This document shows, in pieces, positions 36,302 through 45,606 of a DNA stretch of 64,000 nt. The notes beneath the pieces are model-generated. The model did no database searches and was not told the origin of the DNA. It saw nothing but the letters and a program-made list of their open reading frames with translations. Each line of letters opens with the position of its first letter. Position 1 is the first letter of the stretch. The translations under genes and the position numbers were made by a program. This stretch comes from Verrucomicrobiales bacterium (lineage in GTDB: Bacteria > Verrucomicrobiota > Verrucomicrobiia > Verrucomicrobiales > DEV007). Location of the stretch: the NCBI GenBank assembly GCA_029213195.1, contig JARGNI010000012.1, positions 29,254 to 93,253 of the forward strand, given 5' to 3'.

Positions 36302-37131
36302 GCCCCTCTCCCCTCACCGACTTCTCCAGGCTCTGTGTCCACACGATCACGACAAAACCGTGGGTCATCGAAGAAGCGATGGATCGCTATGCTGCAGCTG
36401 ACGTGGGTGGGATCACGGTTTGGCGGCAGTGGCTCGAAGGCCGAGATCCGGAATCCATCGGAGAAAAACTGCGGAGTCGGAATCTCGAAATCGTCTCGCT
36501 CTGTCGCGGAGGATTTTTCCCATCGGATTCCGATGCGGGACTCGCTGCAGCGATCGAGGACAACCGCGCGGCAATTCGCGAAGCGGCTGCTCTTGGCGCT
36601 CCCATGATCGTGCTCGTTTGTGGTGCCGTCCCCGGACAGCCACTCGAAGATTCCCGAAAGCAGATTGCCGACGGCATTGCCGCGGTCGTCCCTCTCGCCG
36701 AAGAACACGGCATTCGTCTCGCGATCGAGCCGCTTCACCCCATGTATGCCGATGACCGCAGCGCGATCAACACGCTGGCCTCGGCAAACGAGGTCTGCGA
36801 TCGCCTCGACCACCCTCTCGTCGGCATCGCTGCCGACGTCTACCATATCTGGTGGGATCCCGACCTCGCCGACCAGATCCGGATCACGGGAGAGAAAGAC
36901 CGTCTCTTCGCTTTCCATGTTTGTGACTGGAAGACCCCCACGAGCGACTTCCTCAATGATCGTGGCCTCATGGGCGAGGGCTGTATCGACATCCCCGGAA
37001 TCCGGGCCTTGGTCGAAGCGGCAGGTTTTTCCGGCTTCAACGAAGTCGAAATCTTCTCCGATCGCTGGTGGGCCCAGGATCAAGATCATTTTCTCACCGA
37101 AATCAAGAAGGCCTACTTGGAACATTGTTAG
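36298..37131 (+). CDS. Sugar phosphate isomerase/epimerase (xylose-isomerase-like TIM barrel)
   Basis: True start MSPSPL. LAIEPLHP, DVYHIWWD, FHVCDW, EVEIFS metal-binding motifs. Confidence 0.88.
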   Translation: MSPSPLTDFSRLCVHTITTKPWVIEEAMDRYAAADVGGITVWRQWLEGRDPESIGEKLRSRNLEIVSLCRGGFFPSDSDAGLAAAIEDNRAAIREAAALGAPMIVLVCGAVPGQPLEDSRKQIADGIAAVVPLAEEHGIRLAIEPLHPMYADDRSAINTLASANEVCDRLDHPLVGIAADVYHIWWDPDLADQIRITGEKDRLFAFHVCDWKTPTSDFLNDRGLMGEGCIDIPGIRALVEAAGFSGFNEVEIFSDRWWAQDQDHFLTEIKKAYLEHC

Positions 37132-37154
37132 TCTCCTGCACTGAAACTCTCCCC

Positions 37155-38309
37155 ATGAAAACACATCGCATTGGCATCATCATGAACGGCGTCACCGGAC
37201 GCATGGGCACGAACCAACACCTCATCCGGTCCATACTCGCGATCCGCGAGCAAGTCGGGATCCAGGTTTCTCCGGACGAGGTCATCGAGGTCGATCCCAT
37301 CCTCACCGGTCGCAACGAAAACAAGCTTCGTTCCCTTGCCGAACGACTTGGAGTGGACCGCTGGACGACCGATCTCGATGCGGCTCTCGCCGACGACAGC
37401 AACCAGATTTTCTTCGATGCCAGTTCGACGCTCCACCGGGCGCGCTTCGTGGAGATGGCGGTCAAGGCGGGGAAGGCCATCTACTGCGAGAAGCCTACCG
37501 CCGTAGAAACCTCCGAAGCGGTCCGCCTGGCCCAACTCTGCCGAGACGCCGGCGTCAAGAATGGCGTCGTCCAGGACAAGCTCTGGCTCACCGGAATTCG
37601 CAAGCTCAAGACCTTGATCGACCAGGGATTCTTCGGAGAAATCCTCTCGGTCCGCGGCGAGTTCGGCTACTGGGTCTTCACCGGACACGATGCCGATCAA
37701 CCCGCGCAACGCCCCAGCTGGAACTATCGCAAGGAAGACGGCGGAGGCATCATCATCGATATGCTCTGCCACTGGCGCTACCTCGTCGACCATGTCTTCG
37801 GAAAGATCGAGAGTGTCTCCTGTCTTGGCGCAACTCACATTCCCGAGAGGATCGATGAGTCCGGAAATGCCTACGAGTGCACCGCCGACGACAGCTGCTA
37901 TGCAACTTTCCAACTTGAGAACGGTATCGTCTGCCAGTTCAACAGCTCCTGGGATGTCCGGGTGCGACGCGATGACCTCTTCGTGATGAACGTCGATGGA
38001 ACGAAGGGCTCGGCCACGGTCGGTCTCCGCAAATGCTGGGTCCAGTCTCTCGGCACCACGCCCAAACCGGTCTGGAATCCCGACATCGAGCAACCCATCG
38101 ATTTCTACGAAGGTTGGCAGGAAGTGCCCGATGCGATCGACTACGACAATGCCTTCAAGATCCAGTGGGAACTCTTCCTCCGCCATGTCGCCCTCGACGA
38201 ACCCTTCCCCTACGATCTCATGGAAGGCGCCAAAGGCGTGCAACTCGCGGAAGCCGGGATCGAAAGCTGGCAGCAACGGAAGTGGATCGATCTCGAGGAA
38301 CTAGGTTGA
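37155..38309 (+). CDS. Gfo/Idh/MocA family oxidoreductase
   Basis: IGIIMNGVTGRMG, IYCEKP, VQDKLW, GGGIIIDMLCHW. Confidence 0.92.
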   Translation: MKTHRIGIIMNGVTGRMGTNQHLIRSILAIREQVGIQVSPDEVIEVDPILTGRNENKLRSLAERLGVDRWTTDLDAALADDSNQIFFDASSTLHRARFVEMAVKAGKAIYCEKPTAVETSEAVRLAQLCRDAGVKNGVVQDKLWLTGIRKLKTLIDQGFFGEILSVRGEFGYWVFTGHDADQPAQRPSWNYRKEDGGGIIIDMLCHWRYLVDHVFGKIESVSCLGATHIPERIDESGNAYECTADDSCYATFQLENGIVCQFNSSWDVRVRRDDLFVMNVDGTKGSATVGLRKCWVQSLGTTPKPVWNPDIEQPIDFYEGWQEVPDAIDYDNAFKIQWELFLRHVALDEPFPYDLMEGAKGVQLAEAGIESWQQRKWIDLEELG

Positions 38310-38437
38310 GGCGAAAATAGAATTTCGAGAACTGGATCCCCTGGCCCAGTTCCGAATACTCTTGTGTCCAGCCTACCTCGACTCGTTTTTCCTATTCCTG
38401 CATTCGAATTTCTGGCAAACCTTCGGTCGCCATTCGG

Positions 38438-40159
38438 ATGAACGAAGTCGAACAAAATCCGCGACCGGACACCCGCCGTCACGACCTCGATGCCCTGCGG
38501 GCAACGGCGATGCTACTCGGCATCGCACTCCATAGCGCCCTGGCCTACATCACGATCCCGTTCTGGCCCGTGAGGGACGAGGCCCGTAGCGAATTCTTCG
38601 ATGTAATCTTCACCGCCGTACATGGATTCCGCATGCCGTTGTTCTTCGTGATCAGTGGATTCTTCACCGCAATGCTGTGGCGGAAACGAGGTCTCGGCGT
38701 ACTGGCCAGGCACCGGTTCCGCCGCATTTTTCTCCCACTGGTTATCTTCGTGGTTCCGATGTGGCTCGCCATGTGGGGAATCTTCGTACTCATCGGGGCG
38801 ACCGGAGGGGATTCGATCGGAAAAATCGACGAACCCTCGATCTGGTCGGCAGCCCGGAGCAATGACGTCGAACGATTGAACCAGATTTTCGAGGACGATC
38901 AGAAGATCGATTGGAACGCTGGAGACCCCGCCAACAGAATCCCTCCGCTGAACTGGGCGGCCCTAGCAGGGAGCGTCGAAGCGACCAACTGGCTGTTGGA
39001 AAAGGGTGCAAATATCGATGTCCGATCTGGTGATCAAACCACCCCCCTGGGTCACGCAGCCTACATGGGGCGCCCTGAAATTGCCCGAATACTGATCGAG
39101 AACGGTGCGGATCTGGATGCCAAAAATGTCTACCAGGCGACGCCACTGGAAAACACCAAAGCGGACTTGGGGACGACACAATGGGTCGCCGACCGGCTGA
39201 AACTCAGTTTCGACGAAGAGAAGATCAAGGTGGGCAGAGAGGAAGTAGCGGAGAAGCTCAACTCCTCAGGAGAAGCCCATTCCCAAAACGGCCGATCCCG
39301 TCTCGAAGAGACGAAAATGCGAAATGATCGCTTCGGTCCGATCACGAATGCCTATCTCACGGTGACGGATTTCTGGCTGTTTCAAGTGGCTCCCATTTTC
39401 GGTCACCTCTGGTTCCTGTGGTTCCTCTGCATCCTGCTCGTGCCGTTCCTAATCTATGCATCAATTGCCTCTGCGAACGGATGGAAGGGGCTGCCGAAAG
39501 GACTATTCCATTTCCCCGCGGTACTATTGTGGATCGTGCCACTGACTGCTTTCGCGCATTGGTTTCACGGCATCCTCGAGCCAGGAGGTTTCGGACCGGA
39601 CACGTCCCTGACCGTTTTTCCTTTTCCTCACACCGTGCTGCTCTACGCCATCTATTTCTTTTTTGGGGTGTTGTATTTCGATGCGGACGATCAGGAGGGA
39701 AAAGCGACCCGCTACTGGTGGGTTTCATTGCCCCTGGGACTGCTCGTATGCTATCCGCTTGGCATGTCACTGATCGAGGAACCCGAGGCGGCGTGGCTAC
39801 AGAACTCGATTCCTGAAGGGCTCGTTCGCCCCCTCGCAGTTGTGCTCCAGGCCTTGTTTGCCTGGCTTCTCATTTTCGGATGGATGGGTTTGTTCCGCCG
39901 AATCTGCGGCCGCGAAAATCGAGCGATCCGCTACCTGTCCGACTCATCGTATTTTCTCTACCTCGCTCACATCCCATTGGTGTTCCTGGTCCAGCATTTC
40001 GTGAAGCTCGTTCCCGCGCCGGCGATCGTGAAATTTGGAATTACCTGTGCCGTTCTGACTGGACTTCTGCTGCTGGTGTATGAGTTCGCAATTCGCTACA
40101 CGTTTCTAGGTACCCTGCTGAACGGAAAGCGAGTGCGCGCGCAGAAACACTCGTCGTGA
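38438..40159 (+). CDS. Acyltransferase-3 (OpgC/MdoC-like) membrane protein with inserted ankyrin repeats
   Basis: RRHDLDALRA..MLLGIALH, HGFRMPLFF..SGFF, HLWFLWFL, YLSDSSY.LYL.H. Internal ankyrin repeats PPLNWAA..G.VE...WLL.KGA and TPLGHAA..GR.EIA..LIENGA. Confidence 0.88.
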   Translation: MNEVEQNPRPDTRRHDLDALRATAMLLGIALHSALAYITIPFWPVRDEARSEFFDVIFTAVHGFRMPLFFVISGFFTAMLWRKRGLGVLARHRFRRIFLPLVIFVVPMWLAMWGIFVLIGATGGDSIGKIDEPSIWSAARSNDVERLNQIFEDDQKIDWNAGDPANRIPPLNWAALAGSVEATNWLLEKGANIDVRSGDQTTPLGHAAYMGRPEIARILIENGADLDAKNVYQATPLENTKADLGTTQWVADRLKLSFDEEKIKVGREEVAEKLNSSGEAHSQNGRSRLEETKMRNDRFGPITNAYLTVTDFWLFQVAPIFGHLWFLWFLCILLVPFLIYASIASANGWKGLPKGLFHFPAVLLWIVPLTAFAHWFHGILEPGGFGPDTSLTVFPFPHTVLLYAIYFFFGVLYFDADDQEGKATRYWWVSLPLGLLVCYPLGMSLIEEPEAAWLQNSIPEGLVRPLAVVLQALFAWLLIFGWMGLFRRICGRENRAIRYLSDSSYFLYLAHIPLVFLVQHFVKLVPAPAIVKFGITCAVLTGLLLLVYEFAIRYTFLGTLLNGKRVRAQKHSS

Positions 40160-40201
40160 AAATAGCGCGTCACTCGAGCACCTCGCCGCGATAACCCCGC
40201 C

Positions 40202-41431
40202 TCACTTGGCGATATCGTAGCAAAGCAGGATATCCTGGTCGCGGAGATAGAGTTTTCCGTTCGCGATGACCGGATGAGCCCAGGCTTTCTGACCACTCCG
40301 ATGAGGCTGCTCGAAACGGCTCACTTCCTCGTAGCCACCCGGCGAAGCCTGGATCAATGCCATCGGTCCGTCCTCTGCGCGAAGGTAGAAAAGGCCATCC
40401 GCGTAGAGAGTCGCACCCTTTCCGGCGCTTCGTTCCTTGAACATCTCCTCGCCCGTCTCGATGTTCAGACAGCGAAAGGTGCCGCCACTGCCTCCATAGA
40501 CATAGCCATCGAGCAGGACAACCCCTCCGTGATGATTGGAGATGGACTTGTTGGCATAGAGTTCTTCGGCGGTCCCATCAGCCGCGATTCGGAAGGCGTT
40601 GCAACCGACCCCGTAGGCCGAGGTCACAAAAACGATATCGTCCTGGACAACCGGCGTCGTGATGACTGCCGTCTTTCCCTTTCGAGCCGCTTTCCAGATG
40701 ACCTCGCCCGAGTCCGGGTCGACACCGGCAACACTCTCTCCGGTGAGCTGGACATACTGACGCTTCCCATGGATCGTCGCGACCACGACCGAAGAGTATC
40801 CGGCCGCATCGGTCCAGTCCTCAGTCTGCCAGACCTTCTCCCCGGTTTTCCGATCGAGTGCGAGAAGGGTTCCCTGCTTTCCACCCGGAGTGACGATGAC
40901 TCGGTCGCCGTCAACGAGTGGAGATTCACTGTATTTCCAGCCTGACATCATTTTTCCTCCGAAGTCTTTTTGCAGGTTCACCGTCCAAAGCAGCTTACCG
41001 GATTCCGCATCCACACAAGCGACATCAGACTGCTGGTTCATTCCAAAAACCTGGCCACCATCGACGGTCGGTGTGCTGCGTGTCCCCTTGTACCCCTTGT
41101 GACCGCCGGCCTCGCCGAATTTGGTTTTCCAAACGGGGCTACCATCCTTCTCACGAACGGCAACGATGTAGGCTCCATCGGGAAAGTCTCCCAGCGTATA
41201 GATCACGCCATCCGAAACGGCAATGCTTGAGTATCCTTCGCCCAGCCCGCTTGCTTTCCAGGCCAGTTTGGGTCCCGCTTCTGGCCATTCCTGGAGCAAG
41301 CCGGATTCCTTGGAGAGGCCATCACGGTCAGGACCTCGCCACTGTGGCCAGTCGCCCGCCGAGAGGAAAAAAGGGATGGCGAGAGTGAAAAAGAGAAAGA
41401 GGCTTCGAGGGGGGGATTTGAAAAAATGCAT
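40202..41431 (-). CDS. Secreted PQQ-binding-like beta-propeller (BamB-like repeat) protein
   Basis: DWPQWRGPDRDG, LAWK...GEGYSS, SESPLVDG, WAHPVIANGKLYLRDQ. Confidence 0.9.
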   Translation of the reverse strand: MHFFKSPPRSLFLFFTLAIPFFLSAGDWPQWRGPDRDGLSKESGLLQEWPEAGPKLAWKASGLGEGYSSIAVSDGVIYTLGDFPDGAYIVAVREKDGSPVWKTKFGEAGGHKGYKGTRSTPTVDGGQVFGMNQQSDVACVDAESGKLLWTVNLQKDFGGKMMSGWKYSESPLVDGDRVIVTPGGKQGTLLALDRKTGEKVWQTEDWTDAAGYSSVVVATIHGKRQYVQLTGESVAGVDPDSGEVIWKAARKGKTAVITTPVVQDDIVFVTSAYGVGCNAFRIAADGTAEELYANKSISNHHGGVVLLDGYVYGGSGGTFRCLNIETGEEMFKERSAGKGATLYADGLFYLRAEDGPMALIQASPGGYEEVSRFEQPHRSGQKAWAHPVIANGKLYLRDQDILLCYDIAK

Positions 41432-41603
41432 GGCAATGCCAACAGGCTAGCGCCTCGAAGTCTCTTATTCAACTACCGTAGATTCACTGCACCCAGCAAA
41501 CGGAAAAGCTGAGCGTCGAATACAGGGCCTCGGACACGAGGGAAAGAGGAAAATCCCCTGCCGTCGATCAGCCGATTGCCCAAGGTTCGAGTGGTCTTGT
41601 GAC

Positions 41604-42332
41604 TCAATCCGACTCGATCCCCCCAAAACGGCGTTGCCGACACTGGTATTCTCCAACGGCTTCGAGCAGATGCTCGCGACGAAAATCCGGCCAGTAATCC
41701 TTGGTGATATAGATCTCGGAATAACTGATCTGCCAGAGGAGAAAGTTCGAAATTCGATACTCGCCACTGGTGCGGATGAGGAGATCGGGATCGGGCATGC
41801 CGGCGGTATCGAGGTGCTCGGAAAATATCGTGGCATCGACGTCCTCGGGTTTGATCTCGCCATCGATCGCCTTCTGCATGAGAGCTCGCGTCGCTCCGAC
41901 GACCTCTTCTCGAGAGCCGTAACTCAGGGCGACAACAAGCGTCAGGCCATCGTTCTTGGCCGTTTTTTCCATCGTCTTGCGGAGAGCCCGCTGGTTCGAC
42001 TCGGGTAGCTTCTCCCACTGACCGATCACCTGCAGTCGGATGTTGTTCTTCATCAGGCTCGGCGTCTTCTCTTTCAGAAAATGCGCCAGCAATCCCATGA
42101 GAGCGCTGACTTCGGCCTCGGGGCGTTTCCAATTCTCGGAGCTGAAGGCGTAAAGGGTCAAATACTCGACCCCGATTTCGCCACAGGTCTCGAGACAGGT
42201 TTCGACGGATTGGGCACCGGCGCGATGCCCCTCGCGACGAGGAAGGTCGCGCTGCTTCGCCCAGCGGCCATTGCCATCCATGATGATGGCGATATGCCGC
42301 GGGATCTCTTTGTCGGGATCGAACGCAGCCAT
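41604..42332 (-). CDS. uppS: Undecaprenyl diphosphate synthase (cis-prenyltransferase)
   Basis: HIAIIMDGNGRWA, YAFSSENWKRP, PDLLIRTSGE.RISNFLLWQ.SYSE. Confidence 0.96.
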   Translation of the reverse strand: MAAFDPDKEIPRHIAIIMDGNGRWAKQRDLPRREGHRAGAQSVETCLETCGEIGVEYLTLYAFSSENWKRPEAEVSALMGLLAHFLKEKTPSLMKNNIRLQVIGQWEKLPESNQRALRKTMEKTAKNDGLTLVVALSYGSREEVVGATRALMQKAIDGEIKPEDVDATIFSEHLDTAGMPDPDLLIRTSGEYRISNFLLWQISYSEIYITKDYWPDFRREHLLEAVGEYQCRQRRFGGIESD

Positions 42333-42352
42333 TTTCCTGTCTTCTCTCTGCT

Positions 42353-43687
<1,335 letters not shown>

Positions 43688-43744
43688 TCAGACGACGAAG
43701 GAGTCTTCGCCGGAAACCATCGAGTCGTTCGTCTCTCCGCCAGA

Positions 43745-44281
43745 CTAAGCGGCCTGCATAGTGGTGGAAATCGCAATCAAAGCAATTGCGGCGAGGATCC
43801 CGACCACCCCGATCAGGATCGCGATCTGACCGAGGGCACTCTTCTTCTCGACTTTTTCAATGGGAGAAAGATCCTTGAAGTTGTCTGGACGATTGGAAAC
43901 TTCCGCCATTTCCACCCCAAAGCCAACCTGGGCGTCTTCCGCTGCACCCGCATCTTCGGCAGCAGCATCGCCACCCGTTTCGGCAGGGATTTCTCCATCG
44001 ACAAAGACGGCATCGACACTTCCGAACTGGATCTGCGCCCCGGATTCCAGGACCACTTCTTCGATCTGCGCCCCGTTCACAAACGTCCCGTTCGTCGACC
44101 CCAGATCGTTCAGTTGAAAAGTTCCGCCCAGATTCTGGATCTGGGCATGAGAACCAGACATGGATACATGCTCGAGGACGACATCGTTGTCAGGTCCGCG
44201 ACCGATCGTGAGCTGCTCGATGGCATCGAGATCATACTCGAGAGCCTCTTGATCCGGGATTTGAATGGTAATGCTGGCCAT
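43745..44281 (-). CDS. FHA domain protein with C-terminal membrane anchor
   Basis: TIGR.PDND, SGSHA, DLGSTNGTFVNG; acidic linker; terminal TM helix. Confidence 0.9.
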   Translation of the reverse strand: MASITIQIPDQEALEYDLDAIEQLTIGRGPDNDVVLEHVSMSGSHAQIQNLGGTFQLNDLGSTNGTFVNGAQIEEVVLESGAQIQFGSVDAVFVDGEIPAETGGDAAAEDAGAAEDAQVGFGVEMAEVSNRPDNFKDLSPIEKVEKKSALGQIAILIGVVGILAAIALIAISTTMQAA

Positions 44282-44304
44282 GGTGACGACGGTTTTACAA
44301 CGAG

Positions 44305-45492
44305 TTAGCGGGTTTGATCAATCAGATTAGCAAATTCTTCAAAGAAGTAGGAGGCATCGCTGGGGCCAGGTGCAGCCTCCGGGTGATACTGGACGGAAAA
44401 CACCGGGTAATCCCGATGCCTCATTCCCTCGACGGTATCGTCGTTGAGATTGATGTGGGTCACCTCGATGTGCGATGGCAGCGACTCTCCGGCCGCGGCG
44501 AATCCGTGATTCTGCGAAGTGATCGCAATCTTTCCGGACCGCAGGTCTTTGACGGGATGATTTCCTCCACGGTGACCAAATTTGAGTTTGAACGTCGACC
44601 CTCCAAAGGCGTGAGCCAAGACCTGGTGACCGAGGCAGATTCCGAAAACGGGCTTTTTGTCGATGATCTGCTTCACCTCGTCGTGGATGTAATCGAGGGC
44701 CGCAGGATCCCCGGGACCATTCGAGAGAAAGACTCCATCCGGATTCCGATCGAGCACCTCGCTGGCGGGAGTGCGGGAATTCACGACCTCCACTTCGAAG
44801 CCATGCTGGCGGAGGCTCCGCAGGATATTACGCTTGATCCCGAAGTCGTACGCGACAATGCGATACTTGGGGTCGGCGAGGGGCTTGTAGACTTCGCGGC
44901 CGTCCTCTTCGACGGGCCCATGGTAGCTGGGATTCACGATGGTCCACTCCCGGCTCAACTTGCTCTCGGGATCCCATTGATAGCTTCCAGGAGTCGTCAC
45001 CTCTTTCACAAAATCGGATCCCTGCATGGGAGGCGCTTGCTGCGCCGCTGCGACAGCCCCATCCGCATCGAGGCTCCCGTCGGTGCAGAGCGTCGCGCGC
45101 ATCGCCCCGACTTCCCGCAGACGCTTCGTCAAGGCGCGGGTATCGATTCCCTCGATCCCGGGAACCCCCGCACTCTCGAGATACTGGTGGAGGGATTGCT
45201 CGCTCCGCCAGTTGCTGGGAACTTCACAGAGTTCCTCGATGACGAACCCTCGCACATGAATCTGGGAACTCTCGGCATCCACTTCGCTGACCCCGTAATT
45301 GCCAATCAACGGACAAGTCATGGTCACGAACTGTCCACGGTAGGAAGGGTCGGTCAGGATCTCCTGGTAACCAGTCATCGAGGTATTGAAACAAACCTCG
45401 CCAGTCTCGGTCACGGCCGCTCCAAATCCATACCCCTCATAGACGGTACCGTCCTCGAGTGCCAAAATTGCTTTCTTGCGTTCTCTTGCCAT
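44305..45492 (-). CDS. carA: Carbamoyl-phosphate synthase small subunit
   Basis: GEVCFNTSMTGYQE..TDPSY, LSNGPGDP, FGICLGHQ, SVQYHPE. Confidence 0.97.
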   Translation of the reverse strand: MARERKKAILALEDGTVYEGYGFGAAVTETGEVCFNTSMTGYQEILTDPSYRGQFVTMTCPLIGNYGVSEVDAESSQIHVRGFVIEELCEVPSNWRSEQSLHQYLESAGVPGIEGIDTRALTKRLREVGAMRATLCTDGSLDADGAVAAAQQAPPMQGSDFVKEVTTPGSYQWDPESKLSREWTIVNPSYHGPVEEDGREVYKPLADPKYRIVAYDFGIKRNILRSLRQHGFEVEVVNSRTPASEVLDRNPDGVFLSNGPGDPAALDYIHDEVKQIIDKKPVFGICLGHQVLAHAFGGSTFKLKFGHRGGNHPVKDLRSGKIAITSQNHGFAAAGESLPSHIEVTHINLNDDTVEGMRHRDYPVFSVQYHPEAAPGPSDASYFFEEFANLIDQTR

Positions 45493-45606
45493 GCCGATCT
45501 GTGTCTACCCGGAAATCCCGGTGCTTATCGGACGTTGCCAGAAATGCAGACCCTTTCAAATGGTTTATGGGCAGGAAGCCCGAAGCGGATCGGTTTTCAA
45601 CCAGGA

